From: Chiloscyllium plagiosum | Taxonomy: Eukaryota | DNA: 64,000 nucleotides | NCBI RefSeq assembly: GCF_004010195.1 | Contig: NC_057718.1 | Span: forward strand, 48,729,859 to 48,793,858 | Direction of reading: 5' to 3' | Shown here: one piece after another, positions 25,204 through 38,159 of the stretch | How the letters are laid out: every line of letters starts with the position of its first letter | Numbering within the stretch: position 1 is the first letter of the stretch | Notes under the pieces: model-generated | What the model was told of the DNA's origin: nothing | The model's input: only the letters and a program-made list of their open reading frames with translations | Database searches by the model: none | Translations under genes and position numbers: made by a program

Positions 25204-27056
25204 TGGGCTGAATGTTATTTTATTTGGCTAAGTCCGAGATGCATCAGTTTTTTTGGAGGGTTTGTTATGGCAAGGCCTAGTCATCTCTTGTAGTATCTCA
25301 ATAAACTCACCTCATGAATTCGCTACAATGCCCTGATGATGACTCTCACATCCGATTTCCATCCCAACTTATTACTCACCATTCTCAGAACAACTCAGAA
25401 CTCAGTGGATATTATAGAATTCACCAGTTTCCATTGTGTCCCTGTCCTCTTTAAAAGCTGTTGTGCACCCTGGCAAGCGATGTCAGTTTGGAGCTGCTCT
25501 GCACATTTTCTGACATTTGCCTTGGACATTGCAGATAGGGAGAAATGATCCCCCACTTTCCAGGCAGTGACCTGGAGGTCCTTCTAGATGGATGGTGCCA
25601 ACGTGGGCCATCCCCCTTTGCCAGAACCATCACTGCAGGCCATAACACTAGACCATGCCAGCTTGATCTGAGGTTGCTACCTGGATTGAAGCTCCCTCAG
25701 CTGACTGCCCAGCACTGTACAAAAAAAGGCTAAAGTCCTTCTGTACTGGCCAAAGTCAGTTCTTCCATCTTCTTTCCTGTACCTCACACTCACTCTGTCT
25801 CTGCTACTGCAACAAATGCCACCTACTCTCATACTCTACCACTCTCACTATTACCTGCAGCATCTTCCCTCACTCACTGTTGTCCACCCCAATGCCTGAC
25901 TGCATCAACTCTGCCTGCTTACCCATCTGCATCAAAAGTAATAAATATGCCCCCCACGTTCACCTCCCATAATGCCTGCATCCTCTCATTTCATGAAGGA
26001 AACAGCCCATAGTAGGGCTAAAAGAGTCAAGATTGGTGGTGTGTGGTCTGTCCTTTTTGCTCCTCACCTGGTAGGCAGTGACAACCCTGAGTCTGTACAT
26101 CCTGAGCAGGGCCTGGACTGATATCGGAGGCTGCACATGGCTTAATGTGCTGCAAACCCCTGAGCAAAGGTTAATATCCTTGAAAACAACAAATGCTGGA
26201 GATCACAGCAAGTCATATAGCATCCATGGAGAGAGAGCAAGCTAACGTTTCGAAGCTAGATGACTCTTTATCAGAGCTCCATCATTACTTCAGCTCCGAT
26301 GAAGAGTCATCTAGACTTGAAACGTTAGCTTGCTGTCTCTCCATGGATGCTGTCTGAGTTGCTGTGATCTCCAGCATTTGTTTTTTCAGTACAGATCCCA
26401 GCATCTGCAATAATTTGTTACTACATTTTGTTTAACATTCTTGACTGAGGAATGCAGTAATATGATCCTGGTATCTCTGGCTGAGGGGCAAACACAAAAA
26501 GGCAAGACAATTCATTGCAAGACAGGGCTACTGTGAACATCCAGGTAGGCTCTGAGTGAGACTGTGATATGAGAGAAACTGAACAGCCCAGAGATGGAAT
26601 CTGGTCTACTTCTTGAGATGGGACCATGGTCTTTAGTGCTCAGTGTCCACGCTGCTGCATTGCAATGATGGTGGAGCAATAAAATGCAGAAGCATCCTGT
26701 AAATGGATCAGAGATGTGCCATCATGGTTCCTGGAGACCATTGGCTGCATGTGGAGGGTACTTGTGATGTCAGTACCCAATGTCCAATATGGAGAGCGTT
26801 TGGAGGAAGCAGTGAGTTGAATCCACCAGGTTGCCCTGGTTTTTATGACAGTATTATGTAAGCTATATTGTTAACAAGGAATGTAACAAACAACAATCAC
26901 CATCAATTAGCATCTCGCTGCTGCCTAGTGAGAATCTTGCCATATGAGTGGTAAACTCCTAAATAATAGTGTGTTGCTCCCCATGTTGAAATGCCTCGCT
27001 GCTTTGTAGCCTGATTTTGCCACACATCACACTATAGCTCACGTTATTCAGACCCT
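25204..27056 (+). mobile_element. Non-autonomous Harbinger-like DNA transposon carrying a decayed two-exon Myb/SANT ORF
   Basis: Termini gggctgaat ... attcagacc. Exon 1 PHFPGSDLEVLLDG...AQHCTKK, donor gtcagt at 25755, exon 2 from ~25999 ETAHSRAKRVKIGG (cf. KxAHNxxERxxTGGG). The left end recurs at 30147 (+) and 39950-40073 (-). Confidence 0.55.
26181..26420. mobile_element. Fold-back PLE-terminal mini-element with two opposed hammerhead motifs
   Basis: ~97-bp inverted arms at 26182-26278 and 26292-26388; consensus of the arms gct CTGATGA a gagtc-atcta-gactc GAAA c GTT agc. Confidence 0.88.
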
Positions 27057-27969
27057 TATAGAATTCCCTTCAATACCTGTTTATAAATAGAATTAATGAA
27101 TTTTGAGCCATGGCTGCAGCAATAAATATATACTTCCTCATTGTTAAGTCAGACATTTTGAGTTAGAATTGCTTGCAATTGGACTTTTTCTTAGGTCAGT
27201 TCAACACTTCTGCCTAATACTTTTAATTGCAAATAAGTGCATTTGATGATCTTGGCACATTTGTTGTCAAAATAACAGGAAGGCTGACAGCACTTGTCAG
27301 TATTTATGTACAGAGATCAGAAAATGATCAGAAACATGCAGATGCATGATGGAAGGTTGATTTTGAAACATTACCAGGGAAGATGTGCTACACTGCTGTT
27401 ATCTGCACAAAAACAGGATCTGTTATTGTTGGTCCTCAATGGTATACAATTCCTGCACCTGTATAGTAGATTTAAGAGTCCTTTGATCACTTCATTGTTT
27501 TGTGTGGTTGACTTTGAAAATCTGAAGATTAAAAGCTAATGCTGCATTCATAATCTTGCTGAGAGATTTCCTTTGGCAAAAGACCATGAAGATACCACAT
27601 GTCTAGTTACATAGATCACTGTTGTGATTAGTTATCAGGTTTGTTGAAGAGAACAAGAACAACATCACTGAGGCGCAGAAAGTTAAAAATCCATTTTACT
27701 GTATCACAACACAAAATGTAGTTTTAATTATTGTAACATGTTAGTGTTGACTTATTATGCCCATTATTGCCTTCGGTTCTTTAACAACATACCATAGAAA
27801 AGTGAGACCTACACTCTTGTTTATAAACAGCAATTGACTTTATTGGACATAACTATGCACAGTGGATGGTAAGGGAGCTTTGAGCCCGATAGAACCAGGC
27901 TCCAGTTCCATACGATCTAACACCACAATGATGTAGCTCCATTTGCACATATTCTGTAGAGTAAAGGAC

Positions 27970-28680
27970 ATCTCTGTCAGTGATCTAAATGAAAGGGTGA
28001 ACGCTTTCATTGATGGTACAAAGTTAGATGGGAAGGTAAGTTGTGGGCAGAATGCAGAGGCTGCACCAAGATATATACCAAGTTAATTGAATGAGCAAGA
28101 ACACAGTGGATGGAATATATTGTGGGAAAATGTGAAGTTAGCCACTTTGGAAGGAAACATATAGAAAAGCAACATGTTTGAAATCCTCAGATACTGGGAT
28201 ATTTGAAATTTAGAAGGTTCTGCATATCCTTGTGTAAGTGTTAACCTGAAATTTCTTGGGGTCAGTCTACATGAAATGAAAATAAAAATGAAGTTCCACA
28301 GAAAATGTCAATTGATTGGATGATGAACTAATAAGAAGGTCTTAATATTGAGGAGACCAGCCCTATGGCTGTCTGAGACTTTGGCAATTTTACTTTTAAT
28401 GGAATTGGAGTATCAGAATGGAGAAATGTTATTACATGTATATTGGACCTTGGTAATATCACAGTTGGCCCACAATTTCGTTCTCATTACCTATGGAAGG
28501 ATATACAAACTTTTGAGGTAGCTGTTGAAGTGTAGTTGTTGGTGTCCTTACCTCTGAGCCAAGAGCCTGCAGTTCAGGTTTGACCTGCCCTTAGATGTAA
28601 TAGCACCTCCCTGAACAGGTTGATTAGAAAATCTCTATAAGCCTTGGCAAGAATGCAATGAGTGTTCATAATGTGGATCC
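27970..28680 (+). mobile_element. Old CR1 ORF2 3' fragment with a small SINE-like insert (~28525-28640)
   Basis: FIDGTKLDGKVSC (FADDTKLGG), tggatggaatatattgtgggaaaatgtgaagttagccactttgg (WMEYxVGKCEVxHFG). Confidence 0.75.
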
Positions 28681-29200
28681 TGTCATGGCAGCACTTTGGC
28701 TGTGTTGCTTAGACATGCATGAAGCATCTTCTGGAGGCTGGACACTGACTGAATATAGATGAAGTGAATTCCCTTTCCATTGATGGGTGAGCTGGGAGTA
28801 CCTTGATTTTCATATCTGCACAATTGATGACTCCAGGGAAATCTGGACACCTAGCCAGAGCAGCAGATCTGCTCTTTCTGACTAGCACCATCAGTTGTGA
28901 AGCGCATGTAACCCTTGACTCTGGTAAACATGGCATCCGTCACCTACGAGATGCACTGTGGGCAGCAGACAGTGAGATGGTACAAATGCCGCCAGAAGAA
29001 TATTTTAAGGAAGACTAGGCAAATAAACATATGAACATGGTGGCTCTGTCTGTCACTGGCAACTTGTGCCCACCTGTACAGTTGTTATCAAGTCATATTC
29101 CAGGAAGCTGCAAGCGCACAAATACATTTCAAGAAACTTTGAGGCACCAGTGCCTTAGGATACTCAATGGAGTTGACACCAGTTATCCTCTGGCTGTGTT
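28680..29200 (-). pseudogene. Harbinger/PIF (HARBI1-like) DDE transposase fossil
   Basis: LPVTDRATMFICLFA*SSLKYSSGGICTISLSAAH..VTDAMF, FPGVINCADMKIK, NGKGIHFIYIQSV and a downstream CHD match LxFFASGSFQ...GISQS, GxIDCTHVxI, NRKGFHSINVQ and PGSxHD. Confidence 0.8.
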
Positions 29201-30249
29201 GTGTAAGTTGGAGCTCCATTCCTGGCCCAGTTGTCCTGCAGAGTGGAAGGCTGGTAAGGAGAAACTATCTGCAGGTTCTAGAGGTACCTCTCCTGCTGCG
29301 GTTGGTGCTGCTACTGTTCCCCATGACCCTCATCTGAAATCTGAGATACTCCAGATCAAGTTCAGGTTAGGTGTGGAACTGACTGGTTCTTGGAGGCTAC
29401 TAACCTGTCCTTGCTCAGAAAGTTAGCCAACGCAAGTTAAAATCCTGCCTTCCCACCAGTGACCATTTCTTAAAGGCAAATGCGAAAACACCTCCTTCCT
29501 TTTCACTAAATTACTGGAATAGAATAAGGTTGACCCATTTTTGGTCCTGAATTCAGTTTTCATTTTGAATTTTGGACTGCTTCCTTGCCTCTCATGATCC
29601 CTCCTGGCTTCACATTAAAATTAGAAACTGATGTCTTTTGTTTAATTGTTTGGTGGCAGCTGCATTTACTGCAGCAAACCTCTGGTCTTGCTGTTATAAG
29701 GCAGCCAGTTTCCTTGACTGGTCCTAAAACAGACATCATACCTCGTCTTAGCAAAGACAAAACACCTTATGCCTATTTTACAAGACAGCTGCAGCCAAAT
29801 GGTATCATCATGGGCAAAATGACCTTTCATTTTAACCCAAAAACCTTCAATTTTCTGCAGCTGTTAAATAAAAGTTCTGATATGGTTTGTGTCAGCAATT
29901 GAGAGCTTGGGAGAACAAATGCTGCTAGTTTCACAATGAGATAACAAGTTAAATAAAATTGTACAACAATCCCAGACTCAGCAATATTTGGATTAAAATA
30001 AAATTTGCATTTAAGCATTCCATTGTCAAAGAGGTTTACCCCGGGGTTTTGCCTACTTAGTAAAGAAAATGGCAATATAAAATACAAGCAAAAGGATTTG
30101 TGGCTTGCTGCATTGCTGTAATTCATATTTGTTGAGTAAAGACAGCAGGCTGAATCTTATGTTTCTTGGCCAATTGTGAGTTGCATCAAGTTTTTTGGAG
30201 GGATTTATGCCGTTTCACTGTATTTTACCAAACACACTTCATAAAGTGC

Positions 30250-32070
30250 TAACTCAGAATCAAGGAAGTGGCATACAAATTGGCCAAAAACTAGCAGCAG
30301 ACCTGAGGGTTGGAATCTGTCTGGATTTCAGCAAAGAAGGAGACAGGGATTGATTAGGAGGGGAAAACAGAGTACGAAAGTTAGCTTGCAGGGAATGTAC
30401 AAATGGACTGAAAAAGCTTGTAGAGGTATGTGAAGAGAAAAGATTAGAAACAAGGGAACTTATAATGGGAAACAAAGAAATGACTAACCAGTTAAATGCA
30501 TATTTTAGTTCAGTTTACACAAAGGAAGACATAAATAACATTCCAAAAATTTTGGGGAATACAGGGTTTAGCGAGAGAGAGGAACTGAGGAAAATCAGTA
30601 TTAGAATATGAGTGGTGTTAGTAACTTGATGGGATTAATGGCCAATAAGCCCTCAGTACTCTATAATCTATATCCCAGAGTACTGAAGGAAGTTGCCCCG
30701 GAAACAATGGATTCATTAATGGTCACCTCTCAATATTCTATAGACTCTGGAACAGTTTCTATGGATTGAAAATAACCAATTTAACCTCAATACTTTAAAA
30801 AAAGGAGGTAGACAGAAACATGGAGTTGTAGGTCTGTTAGCCGGATATTGATAGTGGAGAAAATCCCTGAGTACATTATAAAAGAACTAATAGCTGAGCA
30901 TTTGGAAAACACAGACAGGATTGGAAAGAGTCAGCATGAATTTATGAAAAGGGTATTATATTTGACAAATTTACTGGAATTTTCGGGATGTAACTAATAA
31001 AGTTGATTGGAGGAACCCGTTGATGTGGTTTACTTGGAGTTTCAGAAGGCGTTCAGAAGGCTTTCAGAAAGGTTCCACACAAGAGACTGCAAATAAAGAG
31101 CATGGGATTGAAGGTATTGTAATGATGTGGATAGACACCTGGTTGGCAGACAGAAAGAAAAGAGTAGGAATAAAGGGTCTTTTTCTTAGTCACAGGCAGT
31201 GACAATTTAGATACTGCGCAGAGGAGTCCAGTTATTCACACCGTATATTATTGATTTACTGAGGGAAATAAATGTAATATCTCCAAGATTGCTGACGAAA
31301 TAAAACTGGATACAGTGAAAAATGAAGCACATATAGAGATGCTTCAGTGTGATTGGGACAAGTTGAGTGAGTGGGCAAATGCATGGTAGATGAAGCATTA
31401 TGTGTTTAAGCAGAAAAAAAACAGGATGGCAGAGGATTATCTAAATGGTGACAGATTGAGGAAGTAGGAAGTGCAACGAGACCTGAGTGTCCACATGGAT
31501 CAGTTGCTGAAAAGTAAGTTTGCAGATACAGAGCAGGTTGTATGTTGGCCTTCATAGGGAGAGGATTTGACTATAGGAGCAAGAATGTCTTGTTAGATTA
31601 ATAGTGGGCTTTGTTGAGCCTATATTTGAAGTATTATGTGCAGTTTTGTTCTCCTTATCTGAGGAGGAACGTTCTAGCTATTTGAGGAAAGCAAAGAAGG
31701 TTTACTTGACTGATTTCTGTGCTGGTGGGACTTATGAATGAAAGAAGCCTAATCACTGAGGACTGTATTTATTGAAATTTAGAAGAATAAGGGGAAATCT
31801 CATTAAAACTTGCAAAATTCTAACAGGATTAGAAATGCAGGAAGAACATTTGCATCCAGATCAGGTGTCACAGTCTAAGGGTATAGGGTAGACCATTTAA
31901 CACTGGGATGAAGTGAAACTTCCTCACCCAGAGAGTGGTGAGTCTGTGGATAGCTGTTTAGGTCAAAATATTGCATGTGTTCAAGCAGGAGGTAGATCTT
32001 AGGGCTAAGGGGATCAAATGGCATAGAGAGAAAGTGGGAACATTTAGTGAGTTGATGATGAGCCATATTA
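30250..32070 (+). mobile_element. Old CR1 ORF2 (RT to 3' end), degenerate
   Basis: LNAYFSSVYTKED, YPRVLKEVA, SQHEFMK..LTNLLEF, KIADEIKL, LKYYVQFCSPYL, 3' tail. Confidence 0.9.
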
Positions 32071-32344
32071 GCCTGGTCTGAGGGGACCACCCCATGTGAA
32101 AGCACTCTCAGCTATCTAGAGAAATGTATGTGGAAGATCAATGGCATTCTCCACTCTGACAATGTAAGTGCCACCATCTTCTCTCCAAAACCTCACATTT
32201 ACTTTATCTCTGCTTCTGTACTCATCTCGCACAAAGGCTGGTGTTCTAACATTCTCTTTGTTTCCTGTAGCATTTCCCCTCTTTTGCTCTCATCCATCCC
32301 AGTCCCCAATATCACTAACCTTGTGTACCCTCTGCAAAAACAAA

Positions 32345-32870
32345 CAGAAAAAACTGCGGATTCCAGAAATCAGAAGCAAAAACAGAAATTGATGGAAAAA
32401 CCCTGGTAGCATCTGTGGTGAGAAATCAGAGCTAACGTTTCGAGTCCAGTGACCCTTCTTCAGAACTGGTGGTAGCTAGGAAAAGATTGATATTTATGCA
32501 GAAGGTGGGTGGGGGCAAGGGGAAGGGGTGAACAATAGGTGGAATTAGAGATAAAATATTTGGACAAAGGTCTGGATAAAGGTCAACCTGGGAGAGTGAA
32601 TAAGGGACCATTAGTGGCTGATAAAGGATTGTTTGTGTTAGCAGCTCATGTGTGGGGTTTGGGGTAAGGCTGTGGGAGAAGATGCTGAAGCCCTAAAAGT
32701 ATTGAGCTCGATATTGAGTCCTGAAGGCTGTACTGAAATGAGATGTTGTTCTTCCAGCTCGAGGTGAGTTTCACTGGAGCACTGCAGCAAGCCTGAGCCA
32801 GAAATGTTGGCCAGGGGGCATGGTGTTGTATTGAAATGGCAGGTAACTGGAAGCTTAGAATTGTTGTTGT
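32345..32870 (-). mobile_element. Penelope-like element 3' fragment (GIY-YIG end plus terminus)
   Basis: LPVTCHFNTTPCPLANISGSGLLQCSSETHLELEEQHLI..QPSGLNIELNTFR in ORF 32638-32916. Confidence 0.9.
32429..32467 (-). ncRNA. Minimal type-I hammerhead ribozyme motif, core intact (GUU site)
   Basis: Minus strand: agtt CTGAAGA a gggtc-actg-gactc GAAA c GTT agct; stem I agtt/agct, stem II 5 bp. Confidence 0.7.
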
Positions 32871-33502
32871 AGTTTGCCTGCTGTGCTGCCTGGACACTCA
32901 CTTGGAAGACCTGCACCAGAAGTAATAGCTAGACCACCCAATTTCTTTTCCCTCAAAACCTGCCCCACTCTCATTCCAGGAGGAAAACAGCCCACAAAAA
33001 GGCAGAATGAGTTGAGAGAGGTGGCGGTAGGCTGGCCAACATTTGGTTCTTCACCCCTTATGAAGAGTACATCCTAACTCTGACCAGTCCAAGTGGCTAA
33101 TTGACTGTGTCCAAGTCTCTGTACTGGTATTAGAGGCTGCCTTTGATTTTCAGTGCTGCAACCCCCTGAGTGCAGGCTATTTCCCTTGACTTGACTCAGG
33201 ACTGCTCACAATCCATGACAAGTTTCCATCCTATATGCCAGTGCTAAATAGGATGGTCAAACAGGAATAATATGAGCCTGATATCTCTGGTGAAGGGGGC
33301 AAAGAGCAAAAAGGCAAGGTAAGGCATGAATATTTTAAGCACCCAGGTAGGCTCAGAGAAAGTAAGCATTATGACAGCAACTGAAGAGAGTGGAGATGCA
33401 GCCCGGTCTAGGCAATGAGCTGGTGCATGTCTGGGAGAGCATAGTGATCTTGCAGCAGCATTGCAATGATAGTTGCCAGTGCAGTCTTGGGTACAGTAGT
33501 AA

Positions 33503-35065
33503 ACAGAACATAGAACAGTTCAGCACAGGAAAATGCCCCTTGGTCCACCATGTCTGTACTGCTCATAATGCCATTCTAAACTAATCCCATCTGCCTTCAC
33601 ATGGTCCATATCCCTCTATTTCCTACCTGTCCATGCATCTGTCGAAATGCCTTTTAAACAGTGTTATCGTATCCACTTCTGTCACCTCCTCTGGCAGTGC
33701 ATTTCAGGCATCGACCATCCTCTATGTAAAATACTTGCCACTTACATTTCCTTTAAACTTTCCCTGTCTCACCTTAAACCTATGCCCCTTCATGTTTGAT
33801 ATTTCTACCCTAGGAAAAAGTCTCTGACTGTCCGCCCTGCCCACCCCTCTTATAACTTCATGTATTTTTATCAGGTCACCCCTCAGCCTCCGATGCTCAG
33901 TGAAAACAATCCAAGTTTGTCCAACCTCTCCTTATAGCTAATACATTCATATCCAGACAAAATCCTGGCAACAGAAATGGAAATTGCTGGAAAAGCTCAG
34001 CAGATCAGGCAGCATCTGTGCAGAGAAATTGGAGTTAATGTTTTGAGCTGAGTGACACTTCCTCATAACTGTTGGTAGCTAGGACAATGTCAATTTATAT
34101 GCAGAAGGTAGAATTGGAGGAGGGGGTAAGGAGTAAACTTTAAGTGAGGATAGCGACCAAAGAGAGAGAAGAACAATTGGATAGACAAAGGAATGGATAA
34201 CAGTCAGGCTAGGAGGGTGAAGAGCTAATAATGGGAACTGTTAGTGGTTAACAACGGGATGTGTGTGTTAGCAGACTATGTGATAACAAGGCTTGGTGTA
34301 TGGGGGTTGCGGTAAGGACATGGGAGAACTCAAGACCGAGAGTTGTTAAATTTGATATTGAGTCCAGTAGGTTGTCGAGTTCCCAAGTGGAAAATGAGGT
34401 GCTGTCATTCCAGCTTGTGCTGAGCTTCTTGGTAAACATCCTGGTAAACCTTGTTTGTACCCTCTGCAAAGTCTCCATATCCTTTCTATGGAGAACTGTA
34501 CACAATGCTTCAAATGTGACCTAAGAAAGTTTTATACGCTGCAATATGACTTGCCAATTTTTATATTCAATGCCCTGACTGATAAAGGCATGCATAATGT
34601 ACGCCTTCTTTACTACCTTGTCCACTTATGTTACGACTTTCAAGGAGCAATGGCTTTGGACCCCAAGATCCCTTTGTATATAAATGCTCCTACGGGTCCT
34701 GTCATTTACTGCGTACATTTGTATTTGACCTCCCAAATTGCATCATCTCACACTTGTCTGGATTTAACTCCATCTGCCATCTCTCCACCCAACTTTCCAA
34801 CTAATCTATATCCTACTGTATCTTTTGAGAACCTTCCTCACCATCCATAACTCCACCAATTGTGGTGTCATTGCAAACTTACTAATCTGACTACCTACAT
34901 TTTCATCCAAATCATTTGTATATATTACTACAACAGAGATCCAGCACTGTACCTTGCAGAACATAACTGGTCACATACCTCCTGTTAGAAAAATACCTCT
35001 CCACAACTACCTTCTGTCTTCTATAACTAAGCCAATTTTGGATCCAACTTGCTAACTCACCATGG
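33503..35065 (-). mobile_element. CR1 3' ~1.1 kb, interrupted by a PLE fragment
   Basis: RKDMETLQRVQTRFTRM; reverse complement of the SKFA.DT region near 34860-34885; tail (agaacat)n at 33505. Confidence 0.9.
33970..34428 (-). mobile_element. PLE 3' fragment nested in CR1; hammerhead motif decayed
   Basis: Colinear with 32380-32780; the host CR1 motif atcctgg.aa appears on both sides. Confidence 0.85.
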
Positions 35066-35309
35066 GAGTGACATTGACAAGATCTTTCAGTTCATTGTCC
35101 AATCTGTATAAGGAGTCACCAAGGCCCTGTCAGCCAGGAAATGCAAGTTAGAAAGCGTTGCTCATGATGCGAAAATCTGGTGTGCATTGTGGGGCTGAAC
35201 CACAGCCTCTACTGGACCTGATTAGAGTCATAGAGTCATAGAGATGTACAGCATGGAAACTGACCCTTCAGTCCAACCTGTCCATGCCGACCAGATATCC
35301 CAACCCAAT

Positions 35310-37780
35310 CTAGTCCCACCTGCCAGCACCCGGCCCATATCCCTCCAAACACTTCTTATTCATATACCCATCCAAATGCCTTTTAAATGTTGTAATTGTA
35401 CCAGCCTCCACCACTTCCTCTGGCAGCTCATTCCTTACACGTACCACCCTCTGTGTGAAAAAGTTGCCCCGTAGGTCTCGTTTATATCTTTCCCCTCTCA
35501 CCCTAAACCTATGCCCTCTAGTTCTGGACTCCCCAATCCCAGGGAAAAGACTTTGCCTATTTACCCTATACAGGCCCCTCATAAACCTCTATAAGATCAC
35601 CCCTCAGCCTCCGATGCTCCTGGAAAAACAGCCCCAGCCTGTTCAGCCTCTCCCTATAGCACAAATCCTCCAACCCTGGCAACATCCTTGTAAATCTTTT
35701 CTGAACCCTTTCAAGTTTCACATCATCTTTCCGATAGGAAGGAGACCAGAATTGCACGCAATGTTCCAACAGTGGCCGAATCAATGTCCTGTACAGCCGC
35801 AACATGACCTCCTAACTCCTGTACTCAATACTCTGACCAAAAAAAGAAAGCATACCAAACGCCTTCTTCACTATCCTATCTACCTGTGACTCCACTTTCA
35901 AGGAGCTATGAACCTGCACTCCAATGTCTCTTTGTTCCACAACCCTCCCTAGGACTCTACCATTAAGTGTATAAGTCCTGCTAAGATTTGCTTTCCCAAA
36001 ATGCACCACCTTACATTTATCTGAATTAAACTCCATCTGCCACTTCTTAGCACATTGGCACATATGGTCAAGATCCTGTTGTAATCTGAGGTAACCCTCT
36101 TCACTGTCCACTAAACCTCCAATTTTGGTGTCATCTGCAAACTTACTAACCTTACCTCTTATGCTCGCATCCAAATCATTTATGTAAATGACAAAAAGTA
36201 GAGGACCCAGCACCGATCCTTGCGGTACTCAACTAGTCACAGGCCTCCAGTCTGAAAAACAACCCTCCACCACCACCCTCTGACTTCTACCTTTGAGCCA
36301 GTTCTGTAGCCAAATGGCTAGTTCTTCCTGTATTCCGTGAGATCTAACCTTGCCGATCAGTCTCCCATGGGGAACCTTATCGAACACCTTACTGAAGTCC
36401 ATATAGATCACATCTAATGCTCTGCCCTCATCAATCCTCTTTGTTACTTCTTCAAAGAACTCAAACNNNNNNNNNNNNNNNNNNNNNNNNNNNNNNNNNN
36501 NNNNNNNNNNNNNNNNNNNNNNNNNNNNNNNNNNNNNNNNNNNNNNNNNNNNNNNNNNNNNNNNNNNNNNNNNNNNNNNNNNNNNNNNNNNNNNNNNNNN
36601 NNNNNNNNNNNNNNNNNNNNNNNNNNNNNNNNNNNNNNNNNNNNNNNNNNNNNNNNNNNNNNNNNNNNNNNNNNNNNNNNNNNNNNNNNNGTCCTTAATG
36701 TATTTGTAAAAACTCTTTGGATTCTCATTAATTCTATTTGCCAAAGCTATCTCATGGTCCCGTTTTGCCCTCCTGGTTTCCCTCTTAAGTATATTCCTAC
36801 TGCCTTTATACTCTTCTAAGGAATCACTCGATCTATCCTGTCTATACCTTACATATGCTTCCTTCTTTTTCTTAACCAAACCTTCAATTTCTTTCGTCAT
36901 CCAGCATTCCCTATACCTACCAGCCTTTCCTTTCACCCTAACAGGAATATACTTTCTCTGGATTCTCGTTATCTCATTTCTGAAGGCTTCCCATTTTCCA
37001 GCCGTCCCTTTACCTGCGAACATCTGCTCCCAATCAGCTTTTGAAAGTGCTTGCCTAATACTGTCAAAATTGGCCTTTCTCCAATTTAGAACTTTAAGTT
37101 TTAGATCTGATCTATCCTTCTCCATCTTTATTTTAAATCTAATAGAATTATGGTCGCTGGCCCCAATGTGCTCCCCCACTGACACCTCAGTCACCTGCCC
37201 TGTCTTATTTCCCAAGAGTAGGTCAGGGTTTGCACCTTCTCTCGTGGGTATATTCACATACTCAATCAGAAAATTGTCTTGTACACACTTAAGAAATTCC
37301 TCTCCATCTAAACCCTTAACACTATGGCAGTCCCAGTCTATATTTGGAAAGTTAAAATCCCCTACCAAAACCACCCTATTTTTCTTACAGATAGCTGAGA
37401 TCTCCTTACAAGTTTGTTTCTCAATTTCCCTCTGACTATTAGGGGGTCTATAATACAATCCCAGTAAAGTTATCATCCCTTTCTTATTTCTCAGTTCCAC
37501 CCAAATAGCTTCCCTGGATGTTTTTCCAGGAATATCCTCCTTCAGCACAGCTGTAATGTTATCCCTTATCAAAAATACCACTCCCCCTCCTCTTTTGTCT
37601 CCCTTTCTATCCTTCCTGTAGCATTTGTATCCTGGAACAATAAGCTGCCAGTCCTGCCCATCCCTGAGCCATGTTTCTGTAATTGCTATGATATCCCAGT
37701 CCCATGTTTCTAACCATGCCCTGAGTTCATCTGCCTTCCCTGTTAGGCCCCTTGCATTGAAATAAATGCAGTTTAATTTA
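35310..37780 (-). pseudogene. CR1 ORF2 (APE endonuclease plus reverse transcriptase), with stops/frameshifts, spanning N gap 36467-36690
   Basis: ORFs 36229-37581, 35812-36213, 35566-35805 and 35310-35582 are consecutive pieces of one CR1 ORF2. Confidence 0.95.
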
Positions 37781-37933
37781 TTAGTCCTACCTTGTCCCTG
37801 CCTGCCCTGACTGTTTGACTCACTTCTGTTCTCANNNNNNNNNNNNNNNNNNNNNNNNNNNNNNNNNNNNNNNNNNNNNNNNNNNNNNNNNNNNNNNNNN
37901 NNNNNNNNNNNNNNNNNNNNNNNNNNNNNNNNN

Positions 37934-38159
37934 TACCCCTACATTTACCCCTTACCTAACACTACGGGCAATTTAGTATGGCCAATTCACCTGACCCTGC
38001 ACATCTTTGGACTGTGGGAGGAAACCGGAGCACCCGGAGGAAACCCACGCAGACACGGGGAGAACGTGCAAACTCAGTCAGTCGCCTGAGGCGGGAATTG
38101 AACCCGGGTCTCTGGCGCTGTGAGGCAGCAGTGCTAACCACTGTGCCACCGTGCCGCCC
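37934..38159 (-). mobile_element. HE1-type V-SINE inserted at the end of CR1 ORF1; 3' part lies in N gap 37835-37933
   Basis: gggcggcacggtggcacagtggttagcactgctgcctcacagcgccagagacccgggttcaattccc head plus V-domain. Confidence 0.95.

Noticed and set aside
29585..29902. 105-aa ORF or possible exon QTSGLAVIRQPV...
   Set aside because: No recognisable homology and a weak donor site.
36229..37581. 450-aa ORF as an intact protein-coding gene
   Set aside because: It is CR1 ORF2 and stays open only because it is read through 224 Ns; downstream parts have stops and frameshifts.
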